DNA from: Camelus dromedarius
Lineage: Eukaryota
DNA length: 64,000 bases
Direction: 5' to 3'
NCBI RefSeq assembly: GCF_036321535.1
Contig: NC_087472.1
Location: 95,048,001-95,112,000, forward strand
Shown here: positions 26,085 to 38,912 of the stretch, piece by piece
How the letters are laid out: every line of letters starts with the position of its first letter
Position numbering within the stretch: the first letter of the stretch is position 1
Notes under the pieces: model-generated
What the model was told of the DNA's origin: nothing
The model's database searches: none
The model's input: only the letters and a program-made list of their open reading frames with translations
Translations under genes and position numbers: made by a program

Positions 26085-27454
26085 TCATCAAAGATATTCC
26101 CTTTTCCTTTAGAACTTGTAAAATATGTTTTCAAATTGGTACTTCTCTGTAGGTCTTATTTTTTCTATAGGTTTTGAACCCCTCCAGGGCAAAGAAGAAG
26201 ACTTAAAATCTTCTTTTGCCTCCCACAGGACTACATATGCTGCTGCCACCTAATGCTTGTGGATTGATTTGTTGTTTGAAAAGCACTGGTCTAGACCGAA
26301 TCCATTCTTTACTTGTCACATCCTGACAGCAGTGGAATCAGGCTTTCACTTATTAGCATAATTGTGCTTTCTTGCCCCTGCTGGCTCTGCAGGGACACAA
26401 AGATGTCCCCCAACCCCCCAGCCCCATACTGCCATGCCAAACACTCACACATTCTCACCCCTACTGCAAGCCACCTGCCAGGGTCATAGCCAGCATTCTC
26501 TGTGCCCCCAGAAGCCCTCTTGCTCAGCTAGACACCACTTCCCAATCATCAGACCTTGGACCATTGGCACTTCCAGTAGGATTACTGGGTAGAAAGGTAG
26601 AAGCCTGAAGTCGAAAGTCATGGCTACATTTTAAAAATATATCATTAAATGATGGTGTCCTGATTAAAGAGTAAATTTTCTATGTAGAAAACGCTAAAAC
26701 TCAGTCAACAAATAAAACTTTCCAGGCAGGCAGTTCACACAATGGAGATGTAAAAATAAATTGAAAGACTAATTGAGATGGCCCATGTACTCAAAAAGAT
26801 GTGCCTGTGTACCTGCAGGTTACATTATACTTTTTATGAAAATAAGAGTGAGATCTTTTTAAATAGTGGTTTAAATTTTAATTTATATATGTGGTTTTAT
26901 ATTATAAAATATTTCAAACATACTAATAAGACAGGAGAAAATATGATAGAAATCTATGTGCCCACCACTGTAAATTAAACAGATGATGCCATCTTGTTAT
27001 ATATATAGGCTTTAGATCTTTACAGAAAAGGAATAAGAAGTATTTCTGGTTATGAAAGTAATTTAAGTTGATTATTAAAAATGTAAGAAAAATTAAAAAT
27101 GCACAGGGTAAAACTCCTAATGATATTTTTTTTTCATGTTGATATATTTTTATGTGTGTTATACCTGTTTTACAGTTGGGATCGTAAAAAAGATTATTTT
27201 AAAATATGATTTGCAGATTTTTAATAATACTCTACCTGCTTTCATTAACATTTCATTTCATTGGATAATTAAGCTGTTTTTATTTCTATTATAAAGAATT
27301 CTAGTAGTCATAACATTCATTTCTTTCTCTTTAAAATCTAGCCCTGAAATCCAGCCCTGCAATAGCACCTACCAGCTGTAATTCCAAATGTAAATAGAAA
27401 CTGTATTCTTTGTTCTTTTTCTGACTTTAGATTTTAAAGATACCATCTAGACCA

Positions 27455-27625
27455 GAGCCTTGGTACTCTTAAGTGTGGTCTGTGGGCCAGCAGTATCCTT
27501 ATCACCTGAGAGCCTGTTAGAAATAGAGAATCTTAGGCCCTATGTCAAATACTGAATCAGAATCCAAACTTCAACAAGATTCAGGAAAGAATCATATGAA
27601 TAAGAAAGTTGGAGAAGAATAGCTG
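27455..27625. mobile_element. MER5A-like hAT-Charlie element
   Basis: aagtgtggtc..ccagcagtatc..tcacctgagagcctgttagaaat..actgaatcagaatc. Confidence 0.8.
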
Positions 27626-27629
27626 TAGT

Positions 27630-28258
27630 GAAAATCACCTTCATCTCTCATCTCTCATATCACTAGACACCTAGCTGGTCTCTCTACTACTTTTTTTGCC
27701 ACAGCACAGTCCATTCTCTCCTTAACCAGGGGATTTTTCTAATGGGTTAAATCAGTTATCACTATTTCTATGCCTAAAACCCTCCAATGCTCTGTACTGG
27801 GCTTAGAACAAAATCCAAATTCCTTTGTAAGGTTTGAATATCTCCCTGCCTATCTGTCTTTTCAATCTCTCCCTCTCTTCCTCCTCTCACTCTGTTCAGA
27901 CTGTCCTTACTTACACACTTCCTTTTTTCCCATTGCTCACACATTTCAGTTTGTTTCTCTACTTGTCCTTGCTGTTTTCTCTACTTGGAAAGTATTCTGT
28001 CCCCAGAGCCATGGTGGCTCCTTTATAGCAGTTGGGTCTCAGCTGGAATGTCACTACCTTAGGGAGCTCTTTGCTTTTCTTCACTAATGCAGCCCTTATA
28101 ATTTTATGTAATTATTATTTGTTTTCATTGCATTCTTCATTGTGTGTCCTTTCCTTTGAAAAGTAAACTCTATGAGACATGAAATTAATATAGGGCCCAG
28201 AACACTGATATTTAGATAGATCATGTTCAATGCATATTTGTTGAGTGAATGAATGAAA
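27630..28258 (+). mobile_element. L2 3' fragment
   Basis: cctaaaaccctccaatg; ends tatttgttgagtgaatgaatgaa. Confidence 0.75.
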
Positions 28259-29351
28259 CTTTGTGTACATCATTGAAGATTTTCTAAGCTTCTGAATTTT
28301 TTCCACTGAATCTCTTATTTGGGGATTTGATATCATACTATTAGATTGAATTCCAGACAGGTTTTGTAAGGGTTTACAATTCCAAAAATAACGTATAACA
28401 TTATTTTCCCCTGCATTCTGGTCAGTTTCAGGATACATAAGCACACACACACACACACACACACTATATGTACATCATCTATGTGACTATTTGCCAATTT
28501 GATGGGGGAATTAAGAATCTTAAGTATTTCTTTGATGACTACTGAAACTTGGGCAACTTTTATGATGCTCTCTGATTTTTATATTCTTGTTTTTTTTTCT
28601 TTTAATGGAATATCCATCTCCTTTTTCCAGGTATCTGTTGAAATGCTCATAATTTTCTAATCAATTTTTAAAGTTTTTATGAATTGTCTAATGGTCTATA
28701 TACACTTTTCAAGACTAACCATTTATCTCAAAAATATTTATTCAATAGTATTTTCTTTCACAACTGGTTATAACTTATTTTTTAAACCATATACTCGGTT
28801 TTTTATGTATGCCTGTATCTCTCTTTGGGTTTTCTAAACTCTGTTATGGAATTAGTGCCAAACTCTTAAGTATTGTAGCTCTACAAGCAATTATAATAAT
28901 TGATATTGAAAAATTTGCTATGTTTTATTCTTTTTTAAAAACTTAAATATTTTTTGGTGTTTATTTTTTGGATAAATTTTAGAATCATGTTATCAATAAC
29001 TAAAATAGAATTATTAGATTTGTATTGATATTGCATTAAGCCTACATGATAATCTAGGAATAATTCTAATCCTTACATTATTCAAACTCTAGGTACCTCA
29101 TATAACTGGAATCATACAGTATTTTCCCTGTTGTGACTAGCTTATTTCAACTAGCATTTCTACAAGATTCACTTAAGTTGTAGCATATGTCAGAATTTTA
29201 TCCCTTTTTAAGGCTGAATAATATTCCATTGCATGTATATATGACATTTTGTTCATCCATTCATCCATCCAGGGACACTTGGGTGGTACACTTCCACATT
29301 TTGACTATTTTGAATGATGTTGCTGTGAACTTGCTGTAGAAATACGTTTGA

Positions 29352-29449
29352 CAAATACATATATATATATATGTATGTATGAATGAAACATTATACTGAA
29401 CACCAGAAATTGACACATTAACTGACTCTACTTCATTAAAAAAAAAAAT
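29352..29449 (+). mobile_element. Short younger L1 3' tail
   Basis: tgaaacattatactgaacaccagaaattgacaca..cttcattaaaaaaaa. Confidence 0.75.
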
Positions 29450-29495
29450 CTAAACTCCTTTCAGTACTTTTCAGCTAAATACTCAAAAGTAGAAT

Positions 29496-30097
29496 TGAAA
29501 CCATGGGTAATCATTAGTCAAATCCATTTCACCTGCCTTCACTAATCAAGGTCATTTTAAGATTTGCATGTCCTCCGAGCGGCAGAGCACTAAACTTAAA
29601 CAGTAAGATGTTTGCTGGGATTGTTTTCCAGAAACTTGAAGTTAGCTGTGTCTAGTTTGAGCTGAGCTGGTTAAGACTAGATAGGAGGCCCCCCGTCTCC
29701 AAGTGGGCGTGCACGAGTTTCCCCTCTGTGACCTTTTGAAATCAGAGGGCCGAAAACTCCACCCTCAGTTTTTGTTAAGCGCCTCCAGTTTGGAACATGC
29801 AGAGGCCTATAGCTTAGTTACACCTGCGCAGAATGAGCATTACTGCACCTTTCTCCAATCACCTTTCCCCTCGCTCACACTCCCCACGCGCCCCACGCGC
29901 CACGCCTCCGACCGCTCTGCTTCTTTATTCGTTATCCTATCAATACCCCGGCCTCTGACCTCTAAGGGCGTGGGTCTGTGACGTGGTTTCCGCTTTCTTC
30001 GCCTAGCTGCTTTGTGAAACCCTCTCTGCTGCAAACCTCCACGTCTCAGCATTTTGGTTTGCTGCCCGTCGGCCACAGTGAACCTGGTTTGGTAACA
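29496..30097 (+). mobile_element. Full solo ERV1 LTR (602 bp), CpG-rich
   Basis: TGAAACCA...TGGTAACA ends; 4-bp TSD GAAT 29492-29495 / 30098-30101, inserted in L1MB. Confidence 0.92.
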
Positions 30098-31797
30098 GAA
30101 TTCTGAATCATATGGTAATTCTATGCTTAATTTTTTGAGGAATCACCATGCCGTTTCCCACAGCAGCTGCACGGCATTTGCAGCAGCATTGCATGAGGGT
30201 TCCGTTTTCTTTATATCATCCCCAGTGTTTGTTATTTTCTGCCTTTGGTAATAACCGTCGTAATGTGTATGAAGTGGTATCTCATTGTGGTTTTGATTTG
30301 TATTTTCCTAATTAGTGATGTTGAGCGTCTTTTCATGTGCTTATTAGTGTCTGTATGTATTTTTGGGGGAAATGTCTATTCAAGTCCTTTGCTTACTGTT
30401 CAATTGGTTTGTTTGATTTTTGTTGAATTATAAGAGTTCTTTAGATATTCTGGATATTAATCCTTTATGAGATACATAATTTGTCGATATTTTCCTATTC
30501 CGTATGTTGCCTTTTCATTCTGTTGACAGTACCCTTTGATGCACTTTTTAAAAAAATTTTGATGAAGTTCAGTTTATCTATTGTCTGTGTTTTTGGTGCC
30601 ATACCCAAAAAATGATTGTCAACTTCAGCGTCATGAAGCATTTTCCCCTATGCTTTTCTGAGAGTCTTACTGTTTTAGTTCTATATTTAGGTCTTTGATC
30701 CTTTTTGACTTAGTTTTTTTTTTTTTTGTATGTGGATAGGACGCCTGCCTCTCCAAGTGGGCGTGCACGAGTTTCCCCTTTGTGACATTTGGAAGTCAGA
30801 GGGCCGAAAACTCCACCCTCGGTTTGTGTTAAGCGCCTCCAGTTTGGAACATGCAGAGGCCTATAGCTTAGTTACACCTGCGCAGAATGAGCATTACTGC
30901 ACCTTTCTCCAATCACCTTTCCCCTCGCTCACACTCCCCACGCGCCCCACGCGCCACGCCTCCGACCGCTCTGCTTCTTTATTCGTTATCCTATCAATAC
31001 CCCGGCCTCTGACCTCTAAGGGCGTGGGTCTGTGACGTGGTTTCCGCTTTCTTCGCCTAGCTGCTTTGTGAAACCCTCTCTGCTGCAAACCTCCACGTCT
31101 CAGCATTTTGGTTTGCTGCCCGTCGGCTACAGTGAACCTGGTTTGGTAACGGAATTCTGAATCATAATGGTAATTCTATGCTTAGTTTTTTGAGGAATCA
31201 CCATGCCGTTTCCCACAGCAGCTGCACGGCATTCCTAGCAGCATTGCTTGAGGGTTCCAATTTCTTTATCTCATCTCCAGTATTTGTTATTTTCTGCCTT
31301 TGGTAATAACCGTCGTAATGTGTGTGAAGTGGTATCTTACTGTGGTTTTGATTTGCGTTTTCCTAATTAGTGATGTTGAGCGTCTTTTCATGTGCTTATT
31401 AGTGTCTGTATATATTTGGGGGGGAAATGTCTATTTAAGCCCTTTGCTCACTTTTTAATTGTTTGATTTTTGTTGAATTACGAGAGTTCTTTAAATATTC
31501 TGGATATTAATCCTTTGAGATATATGATATGCAGGTGTTTTTCCCATTCTGTATGTTGCCTTATCATTCTGTTGACAGTATCCTTTGATGCAAAAAAAAA
31601 ATTTGTTTTTAATTTTGATGAAGTTCAGTTTATCTATTTTCTTGTCTGTACTTTTGGTGTCATACCCAAGAAATGATTAACTTCAGCGTTAATGAAGCAT
31701 TTTCCTCTATGCTTTTCTGAGAGTCTTATTGTTTTAGTTCTTATATTTAGGTCTTTGATCCTTTTTGACTTAGTTTTTTTTGTGTGTGTGTGTATGG
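29680..31797 (+). repeat. Direct tandem duplication, units ~29680-30734 and ~30735-31797 (3' part of LTR + L1 sequence)
   Basis: Units align along their length; GA microhomology at the junction. Confidence 0.95.
30735..31151 (+). mobile_element. Second, 5'-truncated copy of the ERV1 LTR (product of the duplication)
   Basis: Matches 29680-30097; terminal CA changed to CG; followed by the same GAAT and L1 flank. Confidence 0.92.
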
Positions 31798-34274
31798 AGT
31801 AAGAGTTCAACCTCAATTTTTTTTTGCAGGTAGATACAGTTTTCCCAATACTCTGTTGGAAAGACTGACCTTGCCCCGTTGAATGATCTTGGCATTTTTA
31901 TCAAAAATTATTTCACTATATATGTGAAAGTTTATTTTGGGGCTCTCTATTCTGTTGTGTTGATCTGTATGTCTTTCTTTATGCTAGTGCCATACTGTTA
32001 GCTTTCTAGTAAGTTTTGAAATCGGGAAGTGTGAAACTGCCAACTTTGTTCTTTATCAAGATTGTTTTGGTGATTTGTGGTCCCTTGAGATGCCATACGA
32101 TTTTAGGATGGAGTCTCCTATTTATACAGAAAAATGGTCATTGGGATATTGATGAGGATTACATTAAATCTATAGATAGCTTTGGGTAATATTGACATCT
32201 TCATATTACTAAGTCTTCCAATCCATGAACACAAGATGTCTTTACATCGATTTGTGTCTTCTTTACTATCTTTCAGCAATGTTTTTTGTTTTCAGTGTTC
32301 TTTTACCTCCTTGGTTAAGTTTATTCCTGAATATTTTTTATTTTTTGGTGCTATTATAAATGGAATTGTTTTCTTAATTTCCTTTTTGGATTTTTTATTG
32401 TTAGTGTATAGAAATGAAACTTAATTTTGTATGCTAACCTTTTATCCAGCAACTTGGCTTAATTCATTTATTCTAACGGGGGTGTGTGTAGTCTTTAGAG
32501 TTTTCTACACATAAGATCATGTCATCTGCAAACAGATAATCTTACTTCTTCCCACTATGACTTTTATTTCTTCTTTTCCATAATTGCTCTGGCTGTAACT
32601 TTCAATATGTTGAGTACAATTGGTAAAAGCAGGCATTCTTTTCCAGTTCCTGATCTTAGAGGAAAAGCATGCTATCTTTCACCATTGAGTATGAAGTTAG
32701 TTGTCAGTTTTCCATGTGTGTCCTTTATTATGTTGAAGTGGTTTTCTTTTATTCCTAGTTGTTGAGTGCTGTTATTGTGAAAGGATATTAAATTTTGTCA
32801 AATGCCTTTTTTGCACAAATGGGAGATGATCATGTGTTTTTCCTTAATTCTGTGAATGTGGTGGATTATATTGATTGCTTTCATGTGTTGAACCATCCTT
32901 GAAATTCCAGTAATAAATCCCCCTTGGTCATAGTGTATAATTCTTTTAATGTGCTCTGAAATTTGACTTGCTAGTTTCCTGTGGATGATTTTTGCATCAA
33001 TATTCATAAGTGATAATGGTCTGTAGTTTTATTATCTTGTAATATCTTTATCTGACTTTGGAATCGGTAATGCTGGCTGTAAGTAGATTTTTAAATGGAA
33101 TTTATTTTGTCTAACCCATTTATAAATTACTTAGATTTATCTCATTACATGTATTTGTTATGTCATTTTCTTATATCTAGATGTATTTTCAATACACTGT
33201 CTTACCAAATTCTCTGGAAATAGTTTTTTAGGAAATTCTCTGGGATCACTTCTCTGATCACATCTTATTTTTTGAGTTTACATTATTAAAATGGCTCAAA
33301 TTCTTAACAATATTAAGTAATAGAATTGGGGGGCATTCTTTTACTGGAGGAACTGATTTTAATGGATATTTTTCTTGGATTTTGTCATTGGTGTGATTTT
33401 TAATTCTTAGTTTGAAAAAGACACTCTCCATCATGATTAATAAGTATCTTTCTTTTACAGTGAGATTATCAAGAATCTTCCTCTTCCTTTTCTTCCCTTT
33501 CCTTTCCTGTCTTCTTAGGAGTCATGATTAGATTTTGAATTTCCTGATTATTTTTAGTACTTCATTTAAACTACTGACACAATTGATAATATTAATAGAA
33601 CGCCTACACTCCTGAAATGCCTGCTTGATATGTTCTTCTGCTGATATAATATTGAGCTGAATTTCTTTATGTTGCTCCTATTTCTGTATTTTTTTGTTAG
33701 TTTTTCCTTTTAATATGTTTGTTTTCTTTTTTAGCATAATGGTCTATTTTGCTTTATTTTTATCCTCAAATAATTTGGAAGTTAAGTCATTTTTGTTTTA
33801 TATTATACTTTTAATTTCAGAAAATATATTTACTGACAAATCTCAAGGAAAAATAAAATCGTTATTTTCATACTTCATCTCTGTCAACTGTAATACATTC
33901 TGGGATTTGTATTTTTTTGTTTCAGTTTATTGTAGTTCAATTTAAATGTTTTAACTTTAACTTCTCTTTAGGAATTTTAATATCAAATTATGTTTTTATA
34001 AAAAGTAAAATAGTAATTTGGATTTTATTTTCTCCTGAATTCAAAATTCATCATCAGTACTTATATGTTTCAGTAATTCAGTTGGCTGAGTTTTGAATTC
34101 ACAAAGTTTAAGAATTGTTTTGGTTGTTTGATCTTTTGAGTCCTTGCATATTTGAGAACTTTTAAATATAATACTTATGAATGGAAAGTTGCATAGGTAT
34201 AGCGTTTTGGGGTCACAGCATTTTCCCTTCTAATTTTTTAGAATTTGCTTCATTTAATCCACTGTCTATGCAGT

Positions 34275-34819
34275 GCACAGTGTGAGTTGCCTTCCTAGTA
34301 TCCATAGCGCTCTTTCTTTCCCAACCCTGATATTGATCAGTTACCTCACTCTTCTTTTCCCTTCCCCATGGCCAAATGGCTGAGGGGCTGTTGAGCCTAT
34401 CCTGAGCTCCGTATTCATCTATGGTAATCTTACTGCTATTACCAGGGATTGGTTCAGGATTCAGCATGTGAATCACTTCTAAGAATCCATAAATGGAATT
34501 TACTGGAGACTCCCGAGAAAGATTCCTCACTCCCAAGACAGAATGCCAATAAGAGATAGTCTTTTATATTTGTCTGAATATCATCATGTCTATATATTCA
34601 TTGACACACACCCATTTTGCATCTAAACCAATAATCAAGTAAACATTGACAATGGCAAAGAAGATTTGAAATTATGTGGGTCTTCAATGAGATGAGTGAA
34701 TCAATGAATAAGCCAGCTAATCTATGGACTTTCTGTCATTTTATGAATGTTATTTATTGTTTATAACTTGTTAAAGCGTGATTCCTGTGTTGCAAGCAAA
34801 AATTACTCAAACTAATACA
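34275..34819 (+). mobile_element. Old MLT1 (MaLR) LTR
   Basis: gattggttcaggattcagcatgtga; ends aaactaataca. Confidence 0.6.
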
Positions 34820-35371
34820 GTCTTACTTGTCTTGAATGATACAGCCAGAATTCAAAGGTGAGCCTGATGTATTTCCCATTGCTTTCCTTAAAGTATGCTT
34901 TTAGAATTTGTTCCTTATCCTTCAGTTGTAAATATATTTTTGTTTTGATTTCTGTTAATTATTCCCAGAATGTGAAATATGCCGATAGTTTTAAGCTACA
35001 GACCTAAGTCTCCCTTTATTTCAGCATATCTGTTCTCTACTGTATAAGAATTTATTTACGATCTTTTCTTCAGTATTTTGGGAATGTTGTGTGTTTGCAT
35101 TGTCCTGTTGTTCATATTTGTCATATTTTCTCACTTTCAGATCTTCCATTTACATTTTGTGTGATTATTCTTAAGCCTATTTTTCATGTTCTTTATACTA
35201 ATTACTTTCAGTGAATCTTCATATTAGTTATTACGCCCACTGTATGAGGTAGGTAGTTAATATGAGAACCATTTATGGAAAATGAAATTAAGGAATTGAC
35301 AGACCAAATAATTTTCCCAAAGGATAAGTATTTGATTAGACTCAAAATCAAGATTCAGAGTGAGCTCTAGG

Positions 35372-35449
35372 GGGGAGGGTAACAGTGCAGTGGTAGAGTG
35401 CATGCACGAGGTCCTGAGTTCAATCCCCAGTACCTCCATTAAAAAAAAA
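35372..35449 (+). mobile_element. tRNA-Ala-derived SINE (camelid vic-1 type) with internal ~10-bp deletion
   Basis: ggggagggt..cagtggtagag (A box), gagttcaatcc (B box), cagtacctccatt + A tail. Confidence 0.88.
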
Positions 35450-36017
35450 GAGGGTAGCTCTTGTGTTAAATAGTCTTACCACAATTGAAAAAAAAAAGTT
35501 ACCCAGAATCAGGTCTGAGTCTTATCTAAAAATCTTAAATACTTGGAGTATGAAAAGCAGTTTAGTGTAAGAGAGTAGGTTCTAAACTCATACTGCCTTA
35601 TTCAAATCATGATCTTAATATAAAATGTATTTATATTAAATACATTATATTAATTACAAACAAAGGATGTTTGTAATTCAAAACAAAGGATGCTCTAATA
35701 TCATCCTTCCCTCTAGCAAATATTTAAGTTGGTAGATAAGGATATTTTCTTGAACCTCTGCTTCTGCCAGTAGGAGACTGTTGGGTAACATTAACCAGCC
35801 TGGTTCACTGTCTTCATTCCTCTCCAACTTCTTTCACTGGTTCCCTTATATTTAGCCTCACTCCTCTCCAGTCTCTCCCTGTAACCTGATCTCCACCATC
35901 GTTTGGTGAAAACTTTGCAGTCAAATGTCCCTGAGTTTCAGTCCTGACTCAGACGCTTGCTAGCGATGATGTTGAACAAGTCATTCTACCTCACTGAGCC
36001 TCAGTTCTCTTACCCAT

Positions 36018-36462
36018 TGTAGCAGATGCTGTCTGCTGCATATGCCCTGACTACTAGTTCATGTGCGTGTCTTACAGCTTCCCATTGCGAGTACCTGTAA
36101 CTCGATTGGACTACAAGAGCATGTTGGACCTGTGTGTGTGGAACAGGCCAGAAGTGCTGGGTTGTTGATGTCCGTGAAAGCAACCCTGAAAAAATGGGGA
36201 GTGGGGAATGTAAGTTGAAGATTAAGACCTGAATTCCTTATTCCTTGGGTGGAACCATGAGGCATGTTCACAGTGAGATTGAGTTTCATTTCCCTATGAT
36301 AGTGACCTGCTTGTTAACATAGTTTTTGATGGTGTCTTTTCCTTCCCTACTTGACTTCTCCACTCTCCAGTTGGTTATTGGGTGAGATCACTTCATAAGT
36401 AAAGTATTTACATTTGAATCCTTATTTCAAGCTCAAATTCTGGAGGAATGCAAACTAAGACA
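36018..36462 (+). mobile_element. LTR16-like ERVL LTR inserted in a MIR
   Basis: tgtagcagatgctgtc...caaactaagaca; MIR-like sequence on both sides. Confidence 0.8.
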
Positions 36463-36489
36463 CCTGTAACTAAGAATAATAATACTAAT

Positions 36490-36715
36490 AATTACAACGT
36501 AGTTAATTGAGCATTTAAAAGTACACGAGAAACTAATGAGGCCTTTGTATGCATTCTCATGAGCCAATTGAGAAGGTATTATTATCATCCTAATTTAACA
36601 GATGATATAACTGAATCACAGGAAGAAAGAAACTTGTCATATCACACAGACTTGTACTAAGATGAACCAGAATTCTAATTCCAGAGCCTTGTACTGTTCA
36701 GTCATTGTGCTGTAT
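36490..36715 (-). mobile_element. MIR
   Basis: aggtattattatcatcctaatttaacagatga. Confidence 0.7.
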
Positions 36716-36759
36716 TTTCAGTTGTCATAGTGGGGAAAAAGCAGGAGTCTAGGATGAAG

Positions 36760-37330
36760 CGATTAGCAAAAACAAGGCTTTGTACACTTAAAAAAATTTT
36801 TTTTTGCCTTGAAAGGAGAACAGTTTAAGAACTTACTTGGGGGGGGCAGTGATGGGGCTGAGATTAGAATCGTATTAACATTGTTGGATGATCACACGAG
36901 GGAAGCAAGAGGAGACTAGTTAGAGGTTGTTGCAGTAATTTTAGGAGTTGTTGACTTGACTAGGGAACTGGCATTGGGAACGGAGAGCAGTAGATGAGTT
37001 TGAGAGACGTAGAGAAGATAGTATTGATTATACCTAATGATCGGTGACAAGTAGTGGTGAGGAGAGAGAGGCTGCAGAACTTTCCAGGTTTCTGACTTAA
37101 GTGACCAGGCAGTAAAAGTTAGATTTACTGATACGTAGGGGACAGAGGAAAAACAAACTACTTTGGGAGGGCTTATAGGTTTATTTACAAAGTATAGGTA
37201 AATAATCAGTTACAATGTAAAGTAAAATGTGTTAAAGTAAATGCAGGGGCATTGCAGATACATTTGGCATCTAACTCAGTCCTGGGCCATCATCAGTTAA
37301 GGAAGAACTATCTAAGCTTAGAAATGAATG
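36760..37330 (-). mobile_element. L2 fragment
   Basis: ggagactagttagaggttgttgcagtaat..ccaggtttctgactt. Confidence 0.65.
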
Positions 37331-38050
37331 ATGAAGAGACACCATTACATCTGTCCATATACTACATATATCTGAACTACCTTTACAGCTAAGTGGTTCA
37401 CCTTTTGAAAGCTGCTTCTCTCATTGTTTTGAACATGTTACAATCTGACATAACTTATTTAAAGTTTAAGGGTACTCCCCACCTCAAAAATCTCTAAATA
37501 GCATTAAACATGCAGAGCTTAATAAAATTTAGTCATCCATCCCTTCTCCTCTCTGCTTCTCCCTTCTCCACTAACATTATAAATACTAGTTCACATTTCA
37601 GGTGAAAATTAAAATAACACTCAGGTACTGACAAATACAGGGCAGAAGCCTCTCAAAAATCTTTAAGCACACTTCAAGTAGAAATCATAGGAAGAAGTAT
37701 CTGTCAGCCTAATCTTTCTATCATAAAATACCAGAACATCTTTAGTTTATTCTTGGAAATATGATTCTACATTAGTAGATAGGAAGTTTTCTCATCAGTG
37801 AGGTGTATGCCGATGTTACTCTCAGGGCCTGGGTTATCCTGCTCTGAGGGGAGTCCTAAATTTCAGTGCAGAAACCTAGAGACCATTTCTAGATGTGGTT
37901 GGTAAGACGACAGACCAGGGTATCTCTTGGGTCATGCCCACCATAGGATAAATTTCAGCCATGGGCAACCCTAGAAATAACCACTTTTCAAAATTTACAC
38001 CTCAGAATCCATTATCATTCAGTTCTTAGGCAATTTGTTTATTACACTAG

Positions 38051-38520
38051 TGTGATAGAACAATGGTCCCCCAAAGATAGCCTAATGCCTCATAGCTGTG
38101 AATTTGGTACCTTAAATGACAAAAAAGACTTTGAAGATGTGATTAAGGAGCTTGAGATTATCCTGGAACTCAATCTAGCCACAGACATCCTTGTAAAAGG
38201 GAGGCAGGTTTAACAGAAGGGGAAAAAGTATAAGGGTGGAGGCAGAGGTCAGAAAGCAGATGCTACACTGCTGGTTTTGAAGATGGGGGAAGGGAGCACA
38301 ATCAACAAATATGGCGGCTTCTAGTAGCTAAGAAAGACAAGGAAATGAGTTTTCCCCTAGAGTTGCTAGAGGAGTGCCGGCCCACCAACATTTTGATTTT
38401 AGCCCAGTGAAGTTGATTTTCAGACTTCTGACTTCCAAAACTATAGGATATATCTGTTGTTCCATGCCATTAAGTTTTTGGTATTTGTTACAGCAATAGT
38501 AGTATACCAAAAACTAGTAA
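38051..38520 (+). mobile_element. MLT1D-like MaLR LTR
   Basis: aatggtcccccaaagat..gactttgaagatgtgattaagg..gacttctgacttccaaaact. Confidence 0.85.
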
Positions 38521-38769
38521 ACTACATTATCATTTATGACAGACATCAGTATAGTTCAATTATTTTGAAAAAAGTCCCTCTGTCTATATTGATAGATCCT
38601 ATCTGTGGGATGCAATCAACTATATATTAACAGCAACCTTTAAGAATCTACAGTTTTTTAAAAAATATTTTCAGTTTATTTTCTAGATGAAGGGACTAAA
38701 TCATGTCATAATAAAATGTAATAAAGCACCCAGTGAAGTCACAGAAGAGTATCTGCCAGCCTTAGAGCT

Positions 38770-38912
38770 ATGATTATCAATCTGGTAGTCACTCATATTT
38801 AAATGAATTAAAACTAAATAAAATTAAAACTTCAGTTCCCTAGTTGCACTAGCCACATTTCATGGGCTCAGTAGCTGTGGGTGAACAGTGGCTACCATAT
38901 TGGAAAGCACAT
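38770..38912. mobile_element. MER3/MER33-like hAT fragment
   Basis: ttcagttccctagttgcactagccacatttca..gtggctaccatattgg. Confidence 0.8.

Larger units (their letters stand above)
29090..33080 (-). mobile_element. L1MB-type element (ORF2 RT region to 3'UTR), interrupted by an LTR and partly duplicated
   Basis: ORF 32798..33007 (MNIDAKII..HIKRIIHYDQGGFI) and antisense ORF2 C-terminus and 3'UTR. Confidence 0.9.

Noticed and set aside
29703..31106. Duplicated ORFs (29703..29981, 30730..31035 and the antisense Arg-rich ORFs) as a novel gene pair
   Set aside because: They lie inside the LTR, look like by-products of GC-rich sequence, and show no recognisable domain.
29496..31151. Two-LTR provirus
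   Set aside because: The intervening sequence is L1, there is no PBS or PPT, and the second LTR is 5'-truncated with the same 3' flank.
35372..35440. tRNA-Ala gene (also 55835-55913)
   Set aside because: A tails, TSD and stem-disrupting changes indicate SINEs.
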